Assembly (NCBI GenBank): GCA_030390025.1
Contig: CM059432.1
Location: 45,448,001-45,512,000, forward strand
DNA length: 64,000 nt
Direction: 5' to 3'
Source: Squalus acanthias
Taxonomy: Eukaryota
Part shown: piece after piece, positions 1-12,000 of the stretch
Position numbering within the stretch: position 1 is the stretch's first letter
How the letters are laid out: each line of letters starts with the position of its first letter
The notes under the pieces: generated by a model
The model's database searches: none
Told to the model about the DNA's origin: nothing
The model's input: only the letters and a program-made list of their open reading frames with translations
Program-made: the position numbers and the translations under genes

Positions 1-100
1 GGCACCTCAGTTTAATGTCTTATATAATGGATGGCATCGCTGACAATGCAGTACTCCCTCAGTAATATATTTAGTGTCAGCCTGTTTTTTGTCCTCAAGT
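1..100 (-). mobile_element. Deu-domain SINE fragment (SacSINE/AmnSINE-like)
   Basis: Reverse complement contains caggctgacact...ctgagggagtactgcattgtc...attaaactgagg; similar to 50400-50470. Confidence 0.6.
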
Positions 101-149
101 CTGAAACCTATAATGCGCTCTATTTTTAAAACCACATGATAAATATAGT

Positions 150-510
150 GGGGCTAATGCAGAAGAAAACTGAGAAATACAAACATTTTTATTAGGAAAG
201 AGAATCAAAGAGAAAAAGACTGGTTATCATAAAGGGAAAATGTTGGGGCTTTTATAAGCACGTAAATGTAGAGTTAGCCATCGGACTGGGACCACTTGGC
301 GACGAAGGAAAGGTGCACTTGCTTAATAAATATTTGTCTTCTGTGTCTACAGAGGAAGGTAAAAGTTGGACTGCAGGAGTACCTGAGGAGAATATGAAAG
401 AGTCACTACTGGCGGTAGATGTTCAAAAGAAATTGGATTAAAATGGTTAATGGGACTGAAAGTAGAAAAGTCACCAATCCAATGAATTTATCTTCATGAT
501 GTCTGTGCGA
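150..510 (+). mobile_element. Highly degraded CR1 ORF2 fragment
   Basis: Remnants of LNKYF.SVFTEE and LMGLK..KSP motifs seen in the younger CR1 copies. Confidence 0.5.
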
Positions 511-1032
511 ATCCAACTATATCTTAATAAATTCAATAAAATTATAATTAAATGTTCAGGGTAAAGAATTTTTATAATGCAATGTGTTTTTTTTGTTCAC
601 AACCTTTTCTAAACGTGCGGGATTACATTTCTGACCATAAACTACCACTGTCAATCCAACAGCTTTTTAATTTGATCTTTGGCATGTAGGCAGAACTGAC
701 AAAGCAATCTTTATTGCCCACTCCTAGGTGCCCTGAGGTCATTAAGAGTCAATCTGTAGTCGAGGACTGGAGTAGGCCAGATTATGGTGTTGCCAGAAAC
801 TATTATTGTTGAAGGAAATTCCTTGTTTATTTCTGTTGAATACACTTCTTGCAAGAATTTAAAAGCAACCAATAATCTTGAAAAATTTTGAGTATTCACA
901 GCTATAGTCAGTATTTGTTAGGATTATTGTTAAGGCTGTCCTTAAAGCACTTGAATAAATTGATGTCCTCTATAAACTTAGATTCCACTTCACCCTTTTT
1001 TTGTACCAATTAATATTTTCTTCATGTTGCAG

Positions 1033-1166
1033 AAGAGCCCTACCATTTTTTGGTTGGTGTAGATTACATTGTTGGACGAAAGAACTGTGCAATCCTTCTA
1101 CGTGATGATCAGTCCATTAGTCGTTCACATGCTGCACTTTCAGTTAGTCACACTGCTGCAAATCTG
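1033..1166 (+). CDS. NBN: NBN exon 2 (134 nt, FHA)
   Basis: ttgcag|AA GAG CCC...AAT CTG|gtgaga; [44 protein letters not shown]. Confidence 0.95.
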
Positions 1167-4100
1167 GTGAGAAATCACTTTTATATTTTACTTTTGTAGA
1201 ATTCAGTGGTGCTACTTTCCTCTTGTTACAATCTTAAGTTGCTACTTGCAGGTTTTTCTATCATTACAGTTTGTTGTGTTTCATTATAGCCACCACTTTG
1301 GTCACTAATTGTCAATGTTGTTGAGTTTGAATTAAAAATTATCATTCACTTGACACTTGTATGTAAGGTACTGTCTTGGATAGAGAACTGGTTGCCAGAC
1401 AGGAAGCAAAGAGTTGGAATAAACGGGTAATATGTAATATAAAGACTACATTTGCTGCATTGTGTAGGAAGTAACTCCAAAAATGCTGATTTTGATTTCC
1501 GCGCTTAACAAAACTAGATAAATAAAAGCACTAGCTTTAACAAAAAAATACCTTTGTAGCTACTGAGAGCATCTTTATGAATCAGGAAATTTGACATTCC
1601 GCTATTGTAGTAGATTGATGAACTCCACTATGGATTCAGATTGGAATGTGAGACTTGAAAAGCAGTTTTAGAAAACTGGTGTGGGCAAAGGACATTTTCT
1701 CTTTGCCACTTGTGGAAAATCAGTAGAAATATCTGTTATCCCTGGAGACTATGCCTTCTGTTATTCACTGCAGGTAACCGGTGCAGCCTAAATCTGTGGC
1801 CTATACTGTCTGTCTGAAGGAGGGCTGAATGGAGGCACAAATGGAGCATGGCTGGGCAAAATTGAATTTTAAAAAGGACATTAACATTTTCAGCAAGTGC
1901 AAATTATGTCTCATTTCATCTGTCTACATTTATCTATTCTACTGGATTAAATTCATTCTTTTGATTGGAATTTGTGACTTTACAAAATTATTTCATTGTA
2001 GAAGAGGCCAAATATAACAGTGCAGCGACGATGCCATTATGATTGAGATGACTGTGCCAACTGACTATAATTGAACAACTGATTACTATTAGGCAAATAT
2101 AGTGAATAATCACAACGTAATAGAAGATAGGAGCAGGAGTAGGCCATTCGGCCCCTCGAGCCTGCTCCGCCATTCAATGCGATCATGGCTGATCATCCAA
2201 ATTCAGTACCCTGTCCCTGCTTTCTCCCCATATCCCTTGATCCCCTTAGCCTTAAGAAATATATCTAACTCCTTCTTGAATATATTTAATGAATTGGCCT
2301 CAACTGCCTTCTGTGGTAGAGAATACCACAGGTTCACCACTCTCTGGGTGAAGAAATTCCTCCTCATCTCAGTCCTAAATGGCTTACCCCTTATCCTTAG
2401 ACTGTGACTCCTGGTTCTGGACTCCCCCGCCATCGGGTACATCCTTCCTGCATCTAGTCTGTCTAGTCCTGTTAGAATTTTATAAGTTTCAATGAGATCC
2501 CCGCTCATTTTTCTAAACTCCAGTGAATATAAGCCTAATCGACCCAATCTCTCCTCATACGTCATTCCTGCCATCCCAGGTATCAGTCTGGTGAATCTTC
2601 GCTGCACTCTCTCCATGGCAAGAACATCCTTCCTCAGATAAGGTGACCAAAACTGCACACAATACTCAAGGTGTGGTCTCACCAAGGCCCTGTACAACTG
2701 CAGCAAGACATCCTTGCTCCTTTACTCGAATCCTCTCGCTATGAAGACCAACATACCATTTGCCTTCTTAACCGCCTTCAGTGACTGGTGCACAAGGACA
2801 CCCAGGTCTCGTTGCACTTCCCCTTTTCCCAATCTATTGCCGTTCAGATAATTTGTCTTCCTGTTTTTGCCACCAAAGTGGATAACCTCGCATTTATCCA
2901 CATTATACTACATTTGCCATGCATCTGCCCAATCACCCAACCTGTCCAAATCATACTGGCGTTTCTCTGCATCCTCCTCACAGCACACACGCCCACCCAG
3001 CTTTGTGTCGTCTCCAAACTTGGAGATATTACATCTAGTTCCCTCGTCTAGATCATTTATATATATTGTGAATAGCTGGGGTCCTAGCACCGATCCCTGC
3101 GGTACCCCACTAGTCACTGCCTGCCACTCGGAAAAAGACCCATTTATTCCAACTCTTTGCTTCCTGTCTGCCAGCCAGTTCTCTATCCAAGACAGTACCT
3201 TACCCCCAATCCCGTGTGCTTTAACTTTGCACGCTAATCTCTTATGCGGGACCTTATCGAAAGCCTTGTGAAAGTCCAAATACACCACATCCACTGGTTC
3301 TCCCTTATCTATTCTACCAGTTACATCCTCAAAAAATTCCAGTAGATTAGTCAAGCATGATTTACCTTTTGTAAATCCATGTTGACTTTGTCCGACCCTG
3401 TCACTGTTTTCCAAGTGCTCTGCTATTATATCTTTTATAATGGACTCTAGCATTTTCCCCACTACCGATGTCAGGCTTACTGGTCTATAATTCCCCGTAT
3501 TCTCTCTACCACCTTTTTTAAATAGTGGGGTTACATTCGCTATCCTCCAATCCATGGGAATTGTTCCAGAGTCTATAGAATTTTGGAAGATGACCAGCAA
3601 TGCATCTACTATTTCTAGGGCCACTTCCTTAAGTACCCTAGGATGTAGATTATCAGGCCTTGGGGATTTATCGGCCTTCAATCCCATCAATTTCCCTAAC
3701 ACCATTTCCCTACAAATACTGATTTAATTCAATTCCTCCTTCTCATTAGACCCTATGTTCCCCGACACCTCTGGGAGTTTATTTGTGTCCTCCTTTGTGA
3801 AGACAGAACCAAAGTATGTATTTAGTTGGTCTGCCATTTGTTTGTTCCCCATTATAAATTCCCCTGATTCTGACTGCAAGGGACCTACGCTTGACTTCAC
3901 CAATCTTTTTCTCTTCACATATCTATAGAACATATCTATAGAAGTGATACAGCAGCTTGCTGGTTCACTATATGGCCAAATACATGTTTGTATTAGAAAG
4001 TAACATATTGATCTCAATGTATCAGTCCCTGGTGCAAAAACAGCTGATTTAAAAAAAAAATTCAGCTACGAAATGACACCGCTGTACATTGGGATGGATA

Positions 4101-6066
4101 TAGCATTTTATTTCGTTTTCAATTCTTTTGTGGGGTTGTAAAAATGTCAGAAGGGAGGTATATCATACTAAATTGCCCCATGCTTCTAAAAGTTATAAAA
4201 TGAGATTATGCTGTTACTGATTTGTCTCACTTGCCCCCGTTAGTGTTTTATACTTAGGATCTGCTGGCTAGAGGTTGTTTGGAAATAAAACCTTTATATG
4301 CAGCTCTACTTATGTAAGATCACGAATAAGAGCAGCAGATTGAGGCCAATATTTCGCATTTGTGAGGTCACGAAAGCTGAACTTCATGATGCCCGATTAG
4401 GGGAAACTCAGTACAAATTTCTCTGCTTCTAACCAACAGTTCAACATGTTAACAAAGGGAATTAAGACACTAGTAATTGTACGCTAACACTCTTCATAAC
4501 ATTGAGAGATTACAGAGAATTCAGTAATATATACTCTTTTTATCATGTAAAAGTCTTTATAACATCATAAATCCATCAGATTGTAATGTATACATGTCAC
4601 TTGCATTTGTAGTTTACATTTTTTTTAAAGTGAACAGATTTTAATCTGTTATCCTAATAGCAATGCTACTTTCAACAAAACAGAATCACAACACCCAATA
4701 ATTATTTTATGAGAGTAGTATACGACGACCATAGCAGCTAGCTTAATAGCTGACTATTTGTTCTTGACAACAGAAGATCTTAATGATGAATGTTTCGCAT
4801 TCTAAACTTATTTCCTGTTTCTTTAAAGACCCAAGTTGGCAGAACGTCTGTATTGACATTAAAAGATACTTCAAAATATGGAACCTTTGTAAATGAGGAC
4901 CGCTTACAGAATGACAGCCCAAGGACCTTGAAGTCAGGAGAACTGGTCACATTTGGACTTTTCCAAAGCAAATTCAGGTAATAATTTTCTGCCTTTTTAT
5001 CAAAGTTTGACTGAAAATTCTCATGATTAGCATTTGAAGTTGGTGCCCCCTGTTTCATTGAGAGTGCCATATTTTGGACTACACAGCAGTTCTATTAAAC
5101 CTAGAGGTATTTAAAAGAAAAAAGAAAAATAAATCCTGCTGGCCAGAGCTTTGTGTTACTTCCTTTTCCCCTCCCTCCCAGAGGACACTCTATCTGCTTG
5201 TTCAGGTGGATGTAACTATTCCATGGCACGTTATTGAAGAAGAGCAAGGAGTTCTCCCAGTGTCCTGGCCAATGTTCATCTTCAATCAGCACTGCCAAAA
5301 TATATTATTTGGTCATTTGTCTCAATTTCTGTTTGTGGGGCTTTGCTTAGTGCAAATTATTCGCTGCATTTTCAATAGTTAATGAAACCCTACAACTTTG
5401 TTTGCTGGCTCTTAATCCCTATAGTAAATTCTACCATCATCTAGAAGCTTCCAAGTGATGACAATTTGTCTACAAGCTGATTAATGGCAATCTGTTTTCG
5501 TGCTAAATCCACATCCTTTTGATTTGGAATGATGCCCCTTGTAAGGAAAAAAAGATAAAACATATTGGGGGAAAAATTCAGTATCGCCCCGTTTGGGGCG
5601 CAATTATCGGCCGGGCGCAAAGATTAGCCCCTGGCGCTAATTATTGCCTCCGACTGCAAACTTGACTTTTATCGCCCCTGGAGGTGATTGGAGCGCTAAA
5701 TCAGGCGCTACACATCTGTCTTAAGGCGCAAAGGCCGAGGAGCGAGGCGCTAACTCAGAGCGCTGGCGAAGCTCATGTGATGTCAGTCAGCAATGGAACA
5801 CAGACAATGGCGCCGGCCAGTTCTTAAAGGGGAGGGTTGATCTTGCTTTCCATCCGCATCCTGCTCATTGCAGCCTTGAATCTCGGCCTGGAGAGACCTG
5901 TACATCAAATATGCTGGAAAGAACAATGGAGAGAACCAGGGAAAGAGCTCAGAGTGCAACCCCCACAGTCTCTTCTAAATCGATACAAGGAAGGGCAAAT
6001 CAAAATGAACCTGCAAAGTGCTGCTCAGTACCCAAAACTCCTTCACACAGCGTTGAGTCTCTCCAG

Positions 6067-6097
<31 letters not shown>

Positions 6098-9000
6098 AGA
6101 ATGCGTGGTTCAAAAATGTCACCAACAAAAAAAGGCAGGAAGTAGTCGCCTTTAAATAGTGCTCCCCCAGTCCCTTCCTGACTGCAAAACGCTCCCCTCA
6201 ACCTGTCGTTGCTAGCAGCAGGCGGTAAGGCAGGGGGCGCCACTCAATATCCGCTCCGGGGCGCTACTGGGGCATTGCGCACTCGACTGACGTCACGATC
6301 TGCCGGCGCAGGAGATGGTGGTGGTAGTGTTTAGCGCCGCCACAAAATGCCTAGTTAATTTCGCGAGCGGCACAAACATCGCTGCGACCGGGCGCTAGTT
6401 GCTTTGCGCCCCATTAGCACCCTCTTAAGGCGGTAACGGGAGGCGCAACCAACTGAATTTTTCCCCCATTTTCTTTCAGCTACAGGATTTAGTGGAAAAA
6501 GTAACAAGTGTTTTTCATTATAGAAAAGGTCTAGTTTAACCTTAGAAGAATGAGTTTCATGAGTGCATCAATTAAAATAACCTTCCTGATCTAGAAAAAG
6601 TTGAAAGATGTTCTCGACTATGCTGAAACTGAATATCTATCTTTCAGTCCTACAAAATTATCTGTCAGTTACTGGAGGGAGAGAATAAACCATGTTTTGC
6701 ATAACTGAGTTTTGTGGGCCTGACTCACCTGTGATTTATTTACTCGGAAATCACATGGCCTGTTGTGTATTTTGTTTATACCACATATTGACTGATTTTG
6801 ATATTTGGAGTATTTCTTTAAAGAATTGATTGTGATGATGTAATAGCTTCATTACCTTTCTGTGAGTTCAATGTGGATGCGTCAGCTGCTACCAGCTTGA
6901 TTTTCCTGTGTATTAAAATGCCCCGTTTTTTACTTTTGCAATGCAATAAATATATGTTTCTCCCTTCAGAGTAGAATATGAACCCCTGATTGTATGTTCT
7001 TCCTGTTTGGATGGGCCAGGAAAAATCACGCTGAACCAGTCAGTTCAACAGCTTGGAGGTCATGTTATTAGCAATTGGACAAAGGATAACACTCATCTTG
7101 TCATGTCATCAGTAAAGGTCACCGTGAAGGTCAGCTGAATGGAATAAAGCAAAATATTGTTTCACTTTGCCAAGTTTTGTGGAAGACTTTGTCTACCAAG
7201 ATTTGAAACCATGCCAGCTGCAAATGACTTAGCACATTGTCTTAACCGCAAATACACTTCTTCATTTTTAGTTTTAAACATTTTTTAAAAATGCAATTCC
7301 CAGATTTTGAAATTACTGCTAATCAGTTTCTACTAACCCAAACGGTCTTTTTAGAGTCCCTAAAATTGGTTCTATGTGCCACTTTTAACTGTGTAAGGAG
7401 ATGTCCAGTATGGTCTACAGCATTTTATTTTACCTTCTCTTCAGTACATCATTGAAAATATTTCAAACTTTAATGGGAAAACAATTAAGATATTAAAAAA
7501 AAACTTTTTTCCTGTTGATTTTCATTTAGGTTTATTTTTTTAAACATAAATGAAAAGTTTCCAGGAAATTTATTTTTGAAAATCTAATTGCAACTCAGAT
7601 CAATAAATGTATGGATTCTTCAAAATGCTAGTATGTTATGGTGGAGAGATAGGACTGCTTTTTCTGGATTGATTATTTTCAGATGTCCTGAGTAGTTTTT
7701 TATTGCAAGCTCATCTACCTGCTTTTTGGTGTTTGATTGCTCGCTGACCTACCTTGGCTCCCTCCCAGTCCGGCAACGCCTCAATTTTAAAATTCTTTTC
7801 CTTGTTTTCAGATCCCTCCATGGTCTCACCCCTCCCTATCTCTGTAACCTCCTCCAGCCCTACAACCCTCCAAGATCTCGGCGGTCCTCCAATTCTGGCC
7901 TCTTGCGAATCCCTGATTTTCTTTGCTCCACCATTGGCGGCCATGCTTTCAGCTGCCTAGCCCATAAGCTCTGGAATTCCCTCTCTAAACTTCTCTGCCT
8001 CTCTACCTCACTCTCCTCCTTTAAGATGCTCCTTCAAACCTACCTCTTTGACCAAGCTTTTGCTCACCTGTCCTAATGTCTCCTTATGTGGCTCAGTGCC
8101 AAATTTTGCTTGACGCTCCTTGGGATGTTTTACTGCGTTAAAGGCGCCATATAAATGCAAGTTTTTGTTCATTGGCACATTACCTATTTCTTCTGTTGAT
8201 CTTGTTTTACAAAATGAGTTAATCACATGCAAATATTTTCAAGTATGTTGCTTGAATTCTGATGGACAAAATGTGCATTAAATCAAGACTTAGCGATACA
8301 CACATCAAATAGATTTTGGAAAAAAGCAGTTAGCTCACAATTTCATTTCTTTGACAAACTGGGTTGTGCCTATTTTCGCTAAGTCAGCAAACTGTAGATT
8401 TTATGACTGACCATGTATTGGTTTAGCTGATATGTGCCAATTGTAATAATATCTCCATATCTTTTCTCTCCAATAAGACTATATGTGCAATGATCTGTTG
8501 TCGACCCATAGTAAAACCAGAATTCTTTGTCAATCTTACTGAGGCGATCCGGAGTAGACGACATCTTCCCAGTCCAGAAAGGTAACAGGACTTTGTCAGT
8601 TTCCTTAAAATATAAATTTTAATCGCATTATACAAAAAGCTTTGTCAGTCTTCACAAAATACACTTTTATATAATATGCAAACAAAAACGTGCTATCAAT
8701 TTGAAATAATGGTTAGAAATTGAGAAACCTAGAGAACAAAAGGAGATGTTCACCGTGGAACAGAGTATTAGCCCTTTACTACTTGATGATGCAATGCTAC
8801 TGCAATTAGCAAATTGTTAATTAAAATGCCAAGTTATAACCTGAAACGGAAAACTAATCAAGCAACATAAACACACCGTTGCCCATTGTATTTTTTAATT
8901 CCTGATTTTAGGAAATATTTTTAACCTATTATATATTAAAAGCGGTGTGGGGTTGCAACATTCCAAAGATATTGCACCTGTGGATGATGATGTGAGCATA

Positions 9001-12000
9001 ATGGCCTGGAATTTACAATGAAAATAACAGTGAGGCTATCAGCACTCACCGTTCTAATGGAGGAAATCTGACAGCAACTTCTGGAGTACGCACATGCGCA
9101 GTGCTAAATGCGTCAATTCAGAAGTTGCTGTCAAAGATACCCAGCTCCTCCACAGGATGCGCTGTTGCACTCCTCACCGATAGACTCGACATTGAAATGA
9201 GTGCAATGGCATGAACTTGCTGTACTTGCCCACTAGTTCCACACTAAAAACGGCTGAAACAGTTAGGGCTGGTGCATTAAGGAGTAAATGAGTTTTTAAC
9301 GGGATGATAAGTGATAATTACTGCTGAATAACCTCTCTGGCCCTGAAACATTAATTTTACAAGTGTGGCATCTCGTTCCCTCAAGGAAATTAGTGTTGGA
9401 GATTTAAAAAATATTTTATTTTATTTTTTCTGTTTGTCTCTTTTATCTCTCTCCTTTAATCCCATCTGTATTTGCCGATCTTTATTTCGCTTTCTGTGCA
9501 TCATTTAAATCAAATTCATATTTCCTGGTTTGGACTCGGTGTGGATACTTCAATCTGATTGGTTGAAGAGCCTCACTTTTGCTTGTCCTGTTCACAGACG
9601 CCACAGATCCCCTCTAGAGGGCACCGCGCTGGAAAAGATGCCGGATTAGAGGAAATCTCCGTTGACAAGCCCTCAAAGTCGTTGGGCAGCTGTCGGCAAG
9701 GTGAACGGCGAGTGTCGTTCCTTCGCCGCTGAGTGCAAAATCCAGGCAATTATTTCATGACAATATGTGACAGGGCCACCTACAGCAATAACAACTTGTA
9801 TTTATATAGCGTCTTTAACGCAGTAAAACATCACAAGGCGCTTCATAGGAGCGTTACAAAACAAAATTTGACACCGAGCCACAGAAGGGGATATTAGGGC
9901 AGATAAGGTCAAAGAGGTAGGTTTTAAGGAGCGTCTTAAAGGAGAAAAGAGAGGTGGAGAGGTTTAGGCAGGGAATTCCAGAGATTATGGCCTTGGCAGC
10001 TGAAGGCACGGCCACCAATGGTTGAACAATTAAAATCAGGGATGCTCAAAAGGCCAGAATTTGAAGAGCGCAGATATCTCGGGCAGTTGTGGGGTTGGAG
10101 GAGGTTACAGAGATAGAGAGGGGTGAGGCCATGGAGGGATTTGTAAACAAGGATGAGAAATTTAAAATCAAGGTGTTGCTTAACCAGGAGCGAATGTAGG
10201 TCAGCGAGCACAGGGGTGATGGGTGAACGGGATTTGGTGCGAGTTAGGACATGGGCAGCAGAGTTTTGGATGACCTCAAGTTTACATAGGGTAGAATGTG
10301 GGAGACCAGCTGGAAGTGCATTGGAATAGTCAAGTCTAGAAGTAACAAAGGCATGGATGAGGGTTTCAGTAGTAGATAAGCTGAGGCGGGGCGAAGACGG
10401 ACTATGTTACGGAGGTGGAAATAGGCGGTCTTAGTTATGGCACGGATATGTGGTCGGAAGCTCATTTCAGCGTCAAACATGACGCCAGGTTTGCAACCGT
10501 CTGGTTCACCCTCAAACAGATGCTAGGAAGAGGGATGGAGTCGATGGGTAGGGAACGGAGTTTGTGGTAGGGACCGAAGACAATGGCTTTGGTCTTCCCA
10601 ATATTTAGTTGGAGGAAATTTCTGCTCATCCAGTACTGGATGTCGGACAAGCAGCCTGACAATTTAGAGACAGTGGAGGGGTTGAGAGAGCAAGTGGTGA
10701 GGTGGAACTGGGTGTCGTCAGCGTACATGTGGAAACTGATGCTGTGTTTTCGGATGATGTTGGCAAGGGGCAGCACGTAGATAGAAATAGGAAGGGGCCA
10801 AGAATAGATCTTTGGGGGACACCAGAGGTAACGGTGCAGGAGCAGGAAAAGAAGCCATTGTAGGTGATTCTCTGGCTACGATTAGTTAGATAAGAATGGA
10901 GCTATGCGAGTGCAGTCCCAACCAGCTGGTTGACTGTGGAGTGGCGTTGGAGGAGGATGGAGTTGTCAAAGGCTGCAGACAGGTCGAGAAGGACGAAGAG
11001 GGATAGTTTACCTTTGTCACAGTCACATAGGATTTGTGACTTTGATGAGAGTCATTTCGGTACTGTGGCAGGGGTGGAAACCTGATTGGAGTGATTCAAA
11101 CATGGAGTTTCAGGAAAGCTGCGCACGGATTTGAGAGGTGACAATATACTCAAGGACTTTGGAGAGGGAAGGGAAGTTGAAGATGGGGCGGTAGTTTGCA
11201 AGGATGGAGGGGCCAAGGGTTGGATTTTTGAGAAGAGAGGTGATGACTGAAGATTTGAAGGAGAGGGGGACAGTACCTGAGGAGAGAGAACCGTTAACAA
11301 TATCAGCTAACATGGGTGCCAGAAAAGGAAGTTGGGTGGTCAGCAGTTTAGTGGGAATAGGGTCGAGGGAGCAGGATTTGGGTCTCGTGGACAAAATGAG
11401 CTCGGAGAGGGCATGAGGGGAGATTGGAGAGAAACTTGAGAAAGATGTGAGTTCAGGGCTAGGGCAGGGGGGAGCCTTCGAGGAAGTTTGGCCCAGTGGG
11501 CTAGGGGAAGGAAGGGAAGTGGCAGAGGCAGCTGATCGGAGGTCTCAATCTTAGAGACAAAGAAGTCCATGAGCTCCTTGCACTTGTTGGAGGTGAGGGT
11601 GGAGTAGACAGGGGAGATGGGTTTAAGAAGACGGTTTGCAGTAGAGCAAATGGGTTTTCATTGCATTCCAGAATGATCCTGGAACAGTGAGCAGTTTTGG
11701 CAGACGAGAGTAGGATCCGATAGTGCTTTATGTGGTCCAGCCAGATCTGACAGTGAATGGTTAAATCAGTTGTCCGCCATATCCATTCAAGTCTGCGTCC
11801 CTTGGACTTGAGGGAGCGGAGATCAGAGCTGTGCCAGGGTGAAAGAAAGTAAACCAAAAATAGTTACCACGCCCTTCGAATCCTTGCCAAAGAAAAATTG
11901 CGTGTTAAAAATGTTCAGGTAAAAAGTGCAAACCACCAAACGTTTAATGGAAAAATAACTGAGAAAGAGTGGACCCACGGCACGCCACTGTTAAATGAGG

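Noticed and set aside
2203..3705. Long reverse-transcriptase ORFs (also 33919-34398 and 48964-49725) as host genes or retron-like systems
   Set aside because: They are truncated, disrupted CR1 ORF2 copies with typical motifs and tails.
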